A stretch of DNA of 64,000 nucleotides from a virus, in the IMG/VR virus record IMGVR_UViG_3300037882_003529, positions 4,462 to 68,461 of that record; one strand, written 5' to 3'. This document shows, in pieces, positions 53,843-63,529 of this stretch. Position 1 is the stretch's first letter, and each line of letters starts with the position of its first letter. Both the position numbers and the translations under genes were made by a program. The notes under the pieces are model-generated. The model saw only the letters and a list, made by a program, of their open reading frames with translations, was not told the DNA's origin and did not search any database.

Positions 53843-54958
53843 TTATTCTTCTTCCACTTTAACTCCTTCTTCTGCATCAAGTTCAGCATCAATAGCCTCT
53901 AATTCAGGAATTGGGAGTGGTTTTTCTCCAACTTGATACAAGAATAATTTTCCACAAGCTTTATCGATCGCATCTAGAAGTTCTTTCGTGTAAAAAGCCT
54001 CAGGAGTCGCCTTGATTTTTGCTTCGATTCGATTCGAAAATTCCTTAGTACCATCAGGTAATTTCCATTTTATTCCTTCTTTTACGAATACTCCGCATCG
54101 ACATCCAATTTCAAAGAGACCAGCATAACGATCAAGACCATTGTCGAAATTCAAAACAGTTTCGACAACTTGCTGCTCTTTAGTAAATCGAGCTTTTGCA
54201 GTCTTAACAGAGATGATCGCACCAGTTACGCCATTTTCGTCTTTTTCTCTTTTCTTTGTCAAATCAAGAATAGTCGTACACGCATAAATTAAGCCACCAC
54301 CGCCAGAAGATGTAGTGGTTGGACCATACCCACCAGTTCCCGTATAGATGTGATTGGTAATGAGCATCGGAACATTGTTGATTCCTTGAGCAATGTTGAG
54401 AACACGAAATGCGCCACGAATTAGCTTCGCTTTAGTCATATCGTTCTTGTCATTGCCATCAGTGATGTCAGTAGTTTCCTTAATAGTAGACAATTGACCC
54501 AATGAATCTAATCCCAGAAACAATCTGGGTGTTTTCCTCTGCTCTGGTGTAGTAGACTCAGCATAACCATTAATGATTTGAATCGCTAAAGTTCTGAATT
54601 GTTCAACAGTAGAAACAGCTAAAAACGATACTCGAGAAATATCAATGCCTCTTGATTTTAGAGTATCGGTGGTGATTGCTGTTTCGGCATCAAAAATCAC
54701 AGCAACATTTTCTGGATGAGCTTTAATGAAATACTCTAAAGCTTGAAGTAAGTACCAGGTCTTACCAACTCCTGATGCTCCATTTAAGCCGGTAATTTTA
54801 TTTGAATGAAATCCACCATAGATAGATCCAGACAATAAAGCATTCATGGCATATGAACCAGTGTCGATATAACCCGTCAAATCACCAACACATCCAACTT
54901 TTTCTACTGTGGGCAGCTTAAGCTTTGCTGCAGTAGCAATCGCTGAAAGCAAACTCAT
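53843..54958 (-). CDS. uvsX: RecA-like recombinase UvsX
   Basis: DTGSYAMNALLSGS, GASGVGKT, LDSLGQL, DMTKAK, TNH, SGGGGLIY. Confidence 0.95.
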   Translation of the reverse strand: MSLLSAIATAAKLKLPTVEKVGCVGDLTGYIDTGSYAMNALLSGSIYGGFHSNKITGLNGASGVGKTWYLLQALEYFIKAHPENVAVIFDAETAITTDTLKSRGIDISRVSFLAVSTVEQFRTLAIQIINGYAESTTPEQRKTPRLFLGLDSLGQLSTIKETTDITDGNDKNDMTKAKLIRGAFRVLNIAQGINNVPMLITNHIYTGTGGYGPTTTSSGGGGLIYACTTILDLTKKREKDENGVTGAIISVKTAKARFTKEQQVVETVLNFDNGLDRYAGLFEIGCRCGVFVKEGIKWKLPDGTKEFSNRIEAKIKATPEAFYTKELLDAIDKACGKLFLYQVGEKPLPIPELEAIDAELDAEEGVKVEEE

Positions 54959-55188
54959 TAGACTCTCTTCTTAACAAAAGAATCTACAATATCATAGATT
55001 CGCCCATCAAAAGATATTTCAAGAGTACCATCAGGAAGAGGGACACATTCAACATCACCTAAATTTGATCCGTCAATAAATTGACTTGCGGTTTCAGCAG
55101 TCTCTAAAGAAACAGCTGTATTGCCAGAGGATTCCCAAGAAGATCCTGCTTGACATGATTCGTAAACAGTTTGAACTTGTTTATTCAT
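54958..55188 (-). CDS. hypothetical protein
   Basis: AGGAG RBS, TAATG overlap with uvsX. Confidence 0.6.
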   Translation of the reverse strand: MNKQVQTVYESCQAGSSWESSGNTAVSLETAETASQFIDGSNLGDVECVPLPDGTLEISFDGRIYDIVDSFVKKRV

Positions 55189-55218
55189 TTATTACTCCTT
55201 AAATTAAGTTAAATTCTA

Positions 55219-56247
55219 TCATGAAAAGAATTGAGCCAATCCCGATTTATCGGATTCTTTTTCTTTGATTAATCGAGGATCAAGAATTTTTCTTTTTGAT
55301 ATTAATCCCGGATTTGAAACAAATCTCTGAAATACAGAAAATTGACAACAAGCAATTTCAACACCAAATGTGGTTAATCGATATGCGTCAGGATCTGGAT
55401 TTAGCTTATTCTTTTCAAATGCTGGGATCCATTTAACATCATATTCCAGCAGTGATTCTTGGTCTTTCTTGATCTCTAAAATAGCATCCATGTATTTTTT
55501 AGGAGAAAGACCAGGATATAATTGACCTAACGTTTGGCATGCTCCTGGACCAGGTACACAAAAATCTTCATTTTCATCCATTTGAAGATCTTCGCATCGA
55601 GACAAATTACATGTAAAGTGATAGCCGTAATAAGCACCAATCCCAGGTCGCTTGGTTAATTCTCGATACGATTCTTCAATTGTCGGTTGATTTTGAAAAA
55701 ATTCGATTAATCCTTTGTCTTCAAAAGAAGAAACCCAAGACAAAATATCAGAAGCATGCATCTTTCGATTCATATCTCCTGTTTGATATCTCATATAGTT
55801 TCGAGCAGCAGTTTGGAGAGAAGTTCGTAATTCTGTTTTACCCCAAATAGATTTCTTCGTTGTATTCAGATTATGAAGACATCTTTCTCTATAATCTGAA
55901 TCGACGCGAAATTTCATGAAATCTACGTATGAATCTTTTTGGCCAGCTGCAACTTCAACAGCTTCTGATGGACCATAAAACTTCACGACAGCAGAATTTA
56001 AGACTTTGTCTCGAAATTCAACTCTATCATTAAAGACTACACGATTTAACCACATCACTTCATCATGATGTGATCGATTTGGATGCCAATACATCACTTC
56101 AATATCAAGAGCTCGCTTTTCATCTTCGTTAAAATGATCAGCAGGGACATAAGAATATCCTTTTCCCTGCTGTTTAAGAAGCTCACGCTCATTTATTGCA
56201 TTAACGAATCTACCAAATTCTTTAAGAACAGATTCGTTAATCGGCAT
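55219..56247 (-). CDS. aGPT-Pplase-like (amino-acid:DNA transferase superfamily) DNA-modification enzyme
   Basis: HhH-like PGIGAYYGYHFTCNL, DENEDFCVPGPGA, VEIACCQFSVF resemble the GxG..GPGA..ExxxCE motifs. Confidence 0.7.
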   Translation of the reverse strand: MPINESVLKEFGRFVNAINERELLKQQGKGYSYVPADHFNEDEKRALDIEVMYWHPNRSHHDEVMWLNRVVFNDRVEFRDKVLNSAVVKFYGPSEAVEVAAGQKDSYVDFMKFRVDSDYRERCLHNLNTTKKSIWGKTELRTSLQTAARNYMRYQTGDMNRKMHASDILSWVSSFEDKGLIEFFQNQPTIEESYRELTKRPGIGAYYGYHFTCNLSRCEDLQMDENEDFCVPGPGACQTLGQLYPGLSPKKYMDAILEIKKDQESLLEYDVKWIPAFEKNKLNPDPDAYRLTTFGVEIACCQFSVFQRFVSNPGLISKRKILDPRLIKEKESDKSGLAQFFS

Positions 56248-56596
56248 TATTGAATCTCAATGTTAATCTTGTCTGTTCGATGCGATTAAGTTCCTGTTCC
56301 CACATAGAAGGATCTATATTGTCATGCAACTCCTGAAGCGATGATATAAATTCAGAATAAGCTTCAGGTACAAACTCTTCTCCAACAAGATCAAGCCAAC
56401 TAAGTTCCATGAATGGCTGATATTCACTATCTGCAATTAGACAACCTGCTGCACATTTTAGTCCATTGATTCCACGATATAAACAACGATCTCCAGAACG
56501 ATCTTTAGATCGTTCTTTTTGTTTAAGTAAATGAGCTTTGACTTGCTCAAACACTTCTCTTTCTGTTGCATTAGCTAATGTGCTAAGAGTAATCAT
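56237..56596 (-). CDS. conserved phage hypothetical protein
   Basis: CLYRGINGLKCAAGCLIAD..LQELHD. Confidence 0.65.
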   Translation of the reverse strand: MITLSTLANATEREVFEQVKAHLLKQKERSKDRSGDRCLYRGINGLKCAAGCLIADSEYQPFMELSWLDLVGEEFVPEAYSEFISSLQELHDNIDPSMWEQELNRIEQTRLTLRFNNAD

Positions 56597-56597
56597 G

Positions 56598-57335
56598 TCA
56601 TTCTCGAGAAAATACACCAGAACAGCAACCTAATCGATTAGAATCAATTACTCGATTAGCCATCATGAATTTATCGCCACTTACTACTTTAAACCCTTGG
56701 GCATAAAGTAATGGCATGAAAGTTTCTTGAATCCATGATTTTGGATTATCTTTTGTCCAATGTACTTCCATGCCAAGCTGTTTTACTTGAGGTGGTAAAT
56801 TAGACAATTCATCAACCATAGTCCATTCTCCTCCTTCAATATCGACCTTGAGGTAGGTAGGATTAAATTGATCAAGCAAATCTTTCAACTTAACTGTTTG
56901 TACGGTTACTGAAGATCTTCCTCGACGAGGAACCAATGAGCCTTGACCGTGACCCTTTAATCCATGCCGAGGTGTGAGCCAAAATTCAACAAACGAAGGA
57001 ATAATTTCGCCACCCATAGCAGCAGCATTAAACAACACTGATCGATCGGTGTTTCCGTCTTTTTCTAGACGATGCTCAACATTTCTTTTTAGGTATTGGA
57101 AGTTATCAGATGCAGCTTCTACTGAAATGACTTTTTTCGCTCCTTGGTCTAAGGCCCAACAAGTCAACCCTCCTGTATGAGCACCAAGATCAAGGACAAC
57201 TTGATCTTTCAGGTTGCTACCTCGATATTCTGACTTTGGCCCATATCCTTGGCCAAATGTTCCTAAATGATCTCTATCTGGATCATGATAGACACCGTTA
57301 AATTTTTCGCTGAATTTCATTGGATATTCTGACAT
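56598..57335 (-). CDS. FkbM-family SAM-dependent methyltransferase
   Basis: VLDLGAHTG, SVEA..NF, YLKVDIEGGE, MEVH. Confidence 0.9.
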   Translation of the reverse strand: MSEYPMKFSEKFNGVYHDPDRDHLGTFGQGYGPKSEYRGSNLKDQVVLDLGAHTGGLTCWALDQGAKKVISVEAASDNFQYLKRNVEHRLEKDGNTDRSVLFNAAAMGGEIIPSFVEFWLTPRHGLKGHGQGSLVPRRGRSSVTVQTVKLKDLLDQFNPTYLKVDIEGGEWTMVDELSNLPPQVKQLGMEVHWTKDNPKSWIQETFMPLLYAQGFKVVSGDKFMMANRVIDSNRLGCCSGVFSRE

Positions 57336-57347
57336 GTTAACTCCTTA

Positions 57348-58625
57348 TTAATTTTTAATTCCGTCGTTTAATTCATGAACATCGAAAGCGTAGTATCTGG
57401 ATACTTCACCATCAGTATGATCTATATCAAGAACTTCACGATAATATCCTGGTATTCCTCTTTTAGCTAAAACCAAGCATTCTTTTCGAGCTGTATCGGT
57501 TGGAAGATCATATGGTGGAGTTTTCTGAGTCCAAGCTGATGGTCCAATTAGTGGTCCAATCAATTTAAGCTCACGAGCAACCTTAAGAAGTCTAATTGCA
57601 TCGCATACTACGCCAGCAGAATTTGGCGAATCTTCTACAGACAGATCAGCAGTAAATTCGATAGGTGCTCCTCCCCAAGCTTTTGCTTTGATTAACCAGT
57701 GAGCTCGTTTATTATCTTTAAGAGCAGGAAAATAAGCAGCTGGTCCAGCTTTCACGGAGTTTGGTTTGACTTCATTGCCAGCAAGTAAAATCTGATTTTT
57801 GATCACATTTTCTTTAGACTGTTTCTTAGATTTCAGTCTATCTGGATTTTGCATATTAGAAAAGTCTGTATTTCCTCCAATATTGTCCTGATAATGCATG
57901 AGAACATCACATCCTCGAGCTTGAAAAAGCTCTTGAAGAACTGCCGACACGATGCTTGCACCAAGTGCTGATCGCATATCATCTCCGATCATCGCAATTC
58001 GCTTATCTACGAATTTTTGGGCCCATTCTGGATCAGATCCAATGAACACAGGAATACAATTAAGAAAACTAATTCCAGTTTGAAGACAAATATCTGCCCA
58101 AAATTCAGTAGCAATTTGAGAACCTACTGGCAAATAGTTGATAATGATGTCAACCTTTTTTTCCTTTAGGTATTTGATGATTTCAGTCTTTGAAATGCTT
58201 CTTTCGATATGTGCAAGCTGATCACTATCGATTAATCCTCGTTCATATGCCCAACGATAATCTCTAAATGATTCATCATGCGGATAATCATACATGTGCT
58301 TAGAAACTCCGTCCATAATAGGAGCGGGCTGAACTATTGGGTTGTTCAAAAGTTCTTCTTTCAGTGTATCTTGATCGATAAATTGAAGAGTGCAGTTTGG
58401 GTTTTCGAAAATTGCTTCAGATAATGGCTTAAAGATTTTTCGATAATCGATGTCATATGCAGCAACAACTTCAATGTCTGTAGCATAATATCCACCGATA
58501 TTCTTTTCCATAATTCCTGGAATACCAGAATCAGAATTACTTTCTTGTTTGTAATAACCAAATCCTTGAACTAGCGACGAAGCGCAGTTTCCAATTCCAA
58601 CGATTGCGACTTTAATAAGTTCCAT
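57348..58625 (-). CDS. ino1: myo-inositol-1-phosphate synthase
   Basis: VGIGNCASSLVQG, NYLPVGS, NCIPVFI, GDDMRS, NIGGNTDF, SKKQSK, DNK, VEDSPNSAG. Confidence 0.95.
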   Translation of the reverse strand: MELIKVAIVGIGNCASSLVQGFGYYKQESNSDSGIPGIMEKNIGGYYATDIEVVAAYDIDYRKIFKPLSEAIFENPNCTLQFIDQDTLKEELLNNPIVQPAPIMDGVSKHMYDYPHDESFRDYRWAYERGLIDSDQLAHIERSISKTEIIKYLKEKKVDIIINYLPVGSQIATEFWADICLQTGISFLNCIPVFIGSDPEWAQKFVDKRIAMIGDDMRSALGASIVSAVLQELFQARGCDVLMHYQDNIGGNTDFSNMQNPDRLKSKKQSKENVIKNQILLAGNEVKPNSVKAGPAAYFPALKDNKRAHWLIKAKAWGGAPIEFTADLSVEDSPNSAGVVCDAIRLLKVARELKLIGPLIGPSAWTQKTPPYDLPTDTARKECLVLAKRGIPGYYREVLDIDHTDGEVSRYYAFDVHELNDGIKN

Positions 58626-58675
58626 TTTGTTCCTTGATTGTGGAGTGTACCGTAGATATACAAGCTGATTTTACA

Positions 58676-59128
58676 TCATTTGTCTTGTCTATATGTCAAC
58701 ACTGGTACGATATGAAATTCTTTTAGGATTTCTAATTCGGTTTTTTCGTCTTCGGACAAAGATTCATTTGAATTGAGCTGCTTTTTTCTTTCTTCGATAA
58801 TGTCTAAAATCGTACTAATCTGAAGAGGATCATCTTCAAAATGATTCCAGAGTTTTACGCCTTTCTTTATCAAAGAGAGTATAACTTTTGCTTTATGTTC
58901 ACCTGAGTCTTCTCTTGTTCGACCCATTTTCTTAGTTTTTGCGTTCAAACAAATAACTGGATCCACAATTCCTAATCTATTGCAGACAGAACGAACTAGC
59001 TCTTCTTCATCGACTCCACGACCGGTAATGATTATGTCTTGTGCTCTTGGAATTAAACCAACAGTAATAACTCCATCGAAGTCGTAGCTATTAACATAAT
59101 CAGGTTTTATGACGTTTGGATTACCCAA
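58676..59128 (-). CDS. HAD-superfamily phosphatase
   Basis: YDFDGVI, IITGR, SGEHKAK, HFEDD; TTG start at 59128 after AGGA. Confidence 0.8.
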   Translation of the reverse strand: MGNPNVIKPDYVNSYDFDGVITVGLIPRAQDIIITGRGVDEEELVRSVCNRLGIVDPVICLNAKTKKMGRTREDSGEHKAKVILSLIKKGVKLWNHFEDDPLQISTILDIIEERKKQLNSNESLSEDEKTELEILKEFHIVPVLTYRQDK

Positions 59129-59426
59129 TTGATGTTCCTTTTTGAGATAAATCAACCAAAGGGCAGATTGAAACGGTTGAAAGGAAAAAGGTTGATGTAG
59201 CGATAGAATTGAATGTAAAAATTGTTTGATAAACAAAAATTTCAGAGCTACCAACTAATCGATATTCTACTACGTGTTCATCATTTTGTCCTTTTTTGGT
59301 GACGAAATAAAGAACACCTTTTTCTCCTAAATCATCAAGCAATGGCTTGATTAATTCATTTGGTACTTTAATCCAATCTGTTGTGACTAAAGCATTGGCA
59401 TGCTGAACTGGAGAATGCAACATCAT
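59121..59426 (-). CDS. hypothetical protein
   Basis: 101-aa ORF in operon. Confidence 0.55.
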   Translation of the reverse strand: MMLHSPVQHANALVTTDWIKVPNELIKPLLDDLGEKGVLYFVTKKGQNDEHVVEYRLVGSSEIFVYQTIFTFNSIATSTFFLSTVSICPLVDLSQKGTSIG

Positions 59427-59428
59427 GA

Positions 59429-59650
59429 TTATTCGTCCTTCGAAAGTTTGATTTCTTCTAATTCTATACCAGGAAAATTATCTCTGGCGTAGTCTCTACC
59501 TTTTCCTTTTGCGACCTCAAATTTCAATGAAGGATTTTCTGTCCATGGATATACAGATGGAGGTAGTTTTGTATGGAGAAGAACAGTATCGCATCCTTGA
59601 CCTCCACTCATTAACAAAATCTTTACAATTTCGATCATTTTGATCACCAT
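59429..59650 (-). CDS. hypothetical protein
   Basis: 73-aa ORF in operon. Confidence 0.55.
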   Translation of the reverse strand: MVIKMIEIVKILLMSGGQGCDTVLLHTKLPPSVYPWTENPSLKFEVAKGKGRDYARDNFPGIELEEIKLSKDE

Positions 59651-60765
59651 TCAAAAAATTGATTAGCAGGAGTTGGTTCTACGTTTGGCATTGGAGTCAA
59701 ATAATAAGCAGGAGATAAATGGATTGACCGTGGTTTTTCCATCATATGTTCAGGTAAATAGCCTTCAGTCTTTACGACATCAATTAACCTCCATTGATTC
59801 TTTTTGGCCATTGCTGATAATTGATTGCAATAGATGTCTCGAATTTGCTTACGCTGTTCAAATGTTCCGGTCGCTGGAACTCCTTTATACCAAACAGACT
59901 TTGGAACTTTAGCAGTTCTTTCGGGAGTTTCGATCGGATATGGAACGACTAATTCAATAATCGTGTCATATTTTTTCTGCATGTCTAGCAGTTGAGCTTC
60001 AAGCCTATTCAGGAGTTCCTGGCTTGCTTCAGGTGGATTGTTTTGTCTGAGGATGTGGAATCTTATATCAATGTTTCCATAATTGATTCTGATCACTTTA
60101 GGAAGTGGATTGATATGGGTCACACGAGAAAAACACCAATCTTTGATTTTTTCTATTAATCCACGATTTAGAGCTCCATGTAGAGTTTCAGCATCATTTC
60201 TATAAACGGCAAATCCAGGTTCCCATGATGCTCCCGAATGAGAATCTCCAATGATTAATTTTCCAGTTTTCTCGAATTGATTGACCATAGGATTGACAAC
60301 AGGCTCGACCATTGAATCCGCTATTCCAAATTCAAGACCTAAATCATCAAATTTCAGATCATTAATTCTGTCGGCGAATTTGAGTTGTGTTTTTACACGA
60401 TTTTTTAAAGAATAGAGTGACTCACTCCATGGAAGACGATATTCAAGACCACAAAGACCTGAATTAAGGATAGTTCTGCTTTCCTTAATTTTTTCCATTT
60501 CCTTTATTGGTTGTTCAAGACCAGCTTCACCGCCAAAAAGATTAAGAGCAAATCCTTCTTTAAGATCTCCGTAATAATACAAACCAGAATGAACATAAAG
60601 AGTTTGACATTGCTTCATTTCTTCTAATGTTCTAACGATTCGATATTGTTTATCGTTTGATTGTTCAACCAAAACTCTTTTAAGCAATTCCATCCATCCG
60701 CGATAATGAGAAGCCTCAATCTTCGGAATAGATTGATGAAGTCCACAAAGTCCAATTATGTCCAT
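59644..60765 (-). CDS. protein with SGNH/GDSL-like C-terminal domain
   Basis: IIGDSHS, YGNIDIRFH, EKPRSIHLSP; translationally coupled to polymerase. Confidence 0.6.
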   Translation of the reverse strand: MDIIGLCGLHQSIPKIEASHYRGWMELLKRVLVEQSNDKQYRIVRTLEEMKQCQTLYVHSGLYYYGDLKEGFALNLFGGEAGLEQPIKEMEKIKESRTILNSGLCGLEYRLPWSESLYSLKNRVKTQLKFADRINDLKFDDLGLEFGIADSMVEPVVNPMVNQFEKTGKLIIGDSHSGASWEPGFAVYRNDAETLHGALNRGLIEKIKDWCFSRVTHINPLPKVIRINYGNIDIRFHILRQNNPPEASQELLNRLEAQLLDMQKKYDTIIELVVPYPIETPERTAKVPKSVWYKGVPATGTFEQRKQIRDIYCNQLSAMAKKNQWRLIDVVKTEGYLPEHMMEKPRSIHLSPAYYLTPMPNVEPTPANQFFEW

Positions 60766-61877
60766 TAGTAATCCCAGAAATTCTGAAGCGCAGGTTTTAC
60801 GGTGTGTCGAACTGAAATTCTATCACAGATTAATTCCAAAGGTTTGACAAAATAATCAGCAAACATCCTGTTTCGATCTGCCCATTCTTCAAGGTTTAAC
60901 TCAGGTGGAATTAAATCGGGAACTGCGATCGCATCAGAATAAAATGGATTTGGAAGTCTAAGTGCGATGAATCTGACTTTATCTCCAGGTTTAATTGGGC
61001 GATATTTGGCCTCAAGTCCACTTCCTGGCCCAATGGCTTTGTTGTAGATCAATGCACATCTTGAGTTGTACGGAGTTCCTTTGATTGGTTCTCCTTTAGG
61101 TCCACGATATTTGTCTAGTTGGTTGATAGAACCAGGACGAGACATTTCAATTAATGGAAGATCTTTGAATTGATCTTTTACGGTTTGGATGAATTCGACA
61201 ATTCTGTCATCAGAATCTCCTCGTATGATCAGCTCTAGAGCTAGCTCAAGGGATTCTCGACAGAATTTAGGAGTCGAAGATTTAATGACGTCTAAACCAG
61301 TAACTTTAAGTTCAGGAGTAGCATATCGAACTCCTTCCATATCAATCACATCGATAGCATATTTTTTGGCAGCTACCCAAAATCCACCTGAAGCTATGGC
61401 TTCTCTCTTCATCGCCATTGTATGATTTGGACAATTCAAATAAAGAGCCATCGATTCAAGAGCGGGATTAATGGCTTCTTCTTGAATTTTAGAGCAAATC
61501 GCATCGATTAAATCTGTAGTTCTTTCAACTGAAAGAGTTTTATCTCCAACGATTTTCTTTCTCAATGGATCTAGCGACAAATACAATGAATCAGTATCGA
61601 TTGCAATACACCAATCTTTGTCTTCTCCAATTTTATCAGAAATCCATTTATTGCATGCTTTCTCTAAAGACAAAATGATCATTCGACCAGTTCGAGTAAT
61701 TCCTTCAGCCAAGCGAATATCATAAAACCTAAAGAATCGATTGCCCAATGCTCCGTAAAGAGAATTCAATGTAACTTTGATTGCTTCTTGGAGCGTATTC
61801 TTTGAACTGATTAAAGATTTTAATCGATCGTTTTCAGCTAAAAGATCTTCAGTGCTTAAAGTTTTAACATCAGTCAT
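60765..61877 (-). CDS. 43B: family B DNA polymerase, C-terminal half (gp43B)
   Basis: KVTLNSLYGALGN, IDTDS, KKYA, KSSTP. Confidence 0.95.
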   Translation of the reverse strand: MTDVKTLSTEDLLAENDRLKSLISSKNTLQEAIKVTLNSLYGALGNRFFRFYDIRLAEGITRTGRMIILSLEKACNKWISDKIGEDKDWCIAIDTDSLYLSLDPLRKKIVGDKTLSVERTTDLIDAICSKIQEEAINPALESMALYLNCPNHTMAMKREAIASGGFWVAAKKYAIDVIDMEGVRYATPELKVTGLDVIKSSTPKFCRESLELALELIIRGDSDDRIVEFIQTVKDQFKDLPLIEMSRPGSINQLDKYRGPKGEPIKGTPYNSRCALIYNKAIGPGSGLEAKYRPIKPGDKVRFIALRLPNPFYSDAIAVPDLIPPELNLEEWADRNRMFADYFVKPLELICDRISVRHTVKPALQNFWDY

Positions 61878-63402
61878 TTGCGTCTACCTCTATTTCGCGC
61901 GATTTTAACTCAGCAATCACTAACTGTCGACGCTTTTTCAATTCAAGCATTTCTTTTTTGACCGATTTTCTCTTTTTTAGTAGTGTATCAACAAGTTCAG
62001 GTAATACACCTTTTCGATTTGTCTCAAATGCGACTCCATTTGCTGCTATAGAAATTTGTTTATTTGGAAGACCAGAAAAATCAAGAGTCTTATTGATAAT
62101 GTCGTCTACATAATCTCCATAACTAAACGATTCGATAGAAGAAATCGTCGATGGACACATATTCCATTGATGAATAATCGAAGGATACAGAGAAGCTAAG
62201 TCAAATGAGGCAATCCATTTTAAAAGAGATGCTTTAACTTCTTTAACAAACGCTCCTTCAAATGATTTCTTAAAGGATGGTTCCATTACCTGAGCGACTC
62301 GATTCGATTCAGCAAGGAAGTTGCAAACAATAGCATCCCAAGTCTTTACTGGGCCATAGACGTCTGTAAAGTTGATTTTTGCTGTTTGAGCTATGAAAGC
62401 AGCAAGGTCAATAAGCAGACGTTTCTGGTCTATCGCTAGGGTCAACCAAACATCTTTGATGTTGTAATCTACATATCGACTTGGATTCAATCTCTTGAGC
62501 TCCGCGTGTGACAAGGAGTCTTCACCAAAATCTAACTTGTCTTCGCCTATCTCTACCTTTCCGATATAGCCAAGCTTGTAGCTTTCTCGAGGCTTAAAGG
62601 TGAATTTACGGTAAAGATCAAGCAAGTCAAGAATTGAAACTCCGTAAATGTCGATTTCTACGGCTTCGTTTCCAAAGTCATCAATGTAGTTTTTAGATCG
62701 AACTACTGAAAATGGAGATAAAGCTTTGGTTGGCGTTTCGCCAAGAACTTTAAGGCATCGATTATAGAGGTATGGCATATCAAATCCTGCCACATGCCAA
62801 CCACTTAGGATAGCTGGAGGGTTTGCTTTCCAATGAGCAAGCCAAGCAACTAATAACTCTCTTTCGGTATTAAACTTAGTATAGACTATTGATTTTAGAT
62901 CGAAATCACTCGGCATCGATCCAGGTAATACAGAATGAGATGGAGACCAATCGCAAAGCGTGAAAACATGAAACTTTTTCGAGACTGAATCCCATTGGCA
63001 TAAGCAATCAACTTCATAGTTAGCTTCTGCGGGCTCAGGAAATCCTGAACTTGAATCGACTTCGATATCGATAAAAGAGATTCGACATAAAGGGTGAAGT
63101 CCAGGCTCTAATTTAGGATATCGAGAATATAGAAATTGAAGTTCAAAATTAGGTTGGCCGTAAAGAATTCCAGATTTTGAATATGAACTAAGTTGATCGC
63201 CAGATTTCTTCATTTCTTCCAAGATTAATGGACTCACTGGAATCGTTCCAGTCATATCGGTCCATCCTGTGCTTTTTCCCGTTTCGTCTCGAATATAAAG
63301 AGTTGGTTTGTAATTCACCTCTTCGACATGATCTCCTTTATCATCAACATATCGATGAAGCATTGAATTACCCCATTTACGGGCAGAAATAAAATGGGCC
63401 AT
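61870..63402 (-). CDS. 43A: family B DNA polymerase, N-terminal half with 3'-5' exonuclease (gp43A)
   Basis: DIEV, FDMPYL, YNIKDV, SFDLASLYPSII; probable start MAHFIS. Confidence 0.95.
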   Translation of the reverse strand: MAHFISARKWGNSMLHRYVDDKGDHVEEVNYKPTLYIRDETGKSTGWTDMTGTIPVSPLILEEMKKSGDQLSSYSKSGILYGQPNFELQFLYSRYPKLEPGLHPLCRISFIDIEVDSSSGFPEPAEANYEVDCLCQWDSVSKKFHVFTLCDWSPSHSVLPGSMPSDFDLKSIVYTKFNTERELLVAWLAHWKANPPAILSGWHVAGFDMPYLYNRCLKVLGETPTKALSPFSVVRSKNYIDDFGNEAVEIDIYGVSILDLLDLYRKFTFKPRESYKLGYIGKVEIGEDKLDFGEDSLSHAELKRLNPSRYVDYNIKDVWLTLAIDQKRLLIDLAAFIAQTAKINFTDVYGPVKTWDAIVCNFLAESNRVAQVMEPSFKKSFEGAFVKEVKASLLKWIASFDLASLYPSIIHQWNMCPSTISSIESFSYGDYVDDIINKTLDFSGLPNKQISIAANGVAFETNRKGVLPELVDTLLKKRKSVKKEMLELKKRRQLVIAELKSREIEVDAND

Positions 63403-63442
63403 GAGATCTCCTGACAATAATGCTTTATTGTATCACTGAAAA

Positions 63443-63470
63443 ACGAAAGGACCTCTAAGAGGTCCTCCGT
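63443..63470. terminator. hairpin upstream of gene 43A
   Basis: GGACCTC-TAA-GAGGTCC core. Confidence 0.5.
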
Positions 63471-63529
63471 AGTCCCATTCAGTTTCCTCTGGACCGGCCA
63501 GAACCTATAAGGCTGATTTATTTCTTGGG

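Noticed and set aside
61860-61900. Intron, intein or programmed frameshift joining the polymerase halves
   Set aside because: Simple stop/start overlap with a GAGG RBS upstream of the second ATG; no intein termini or intervening sequence
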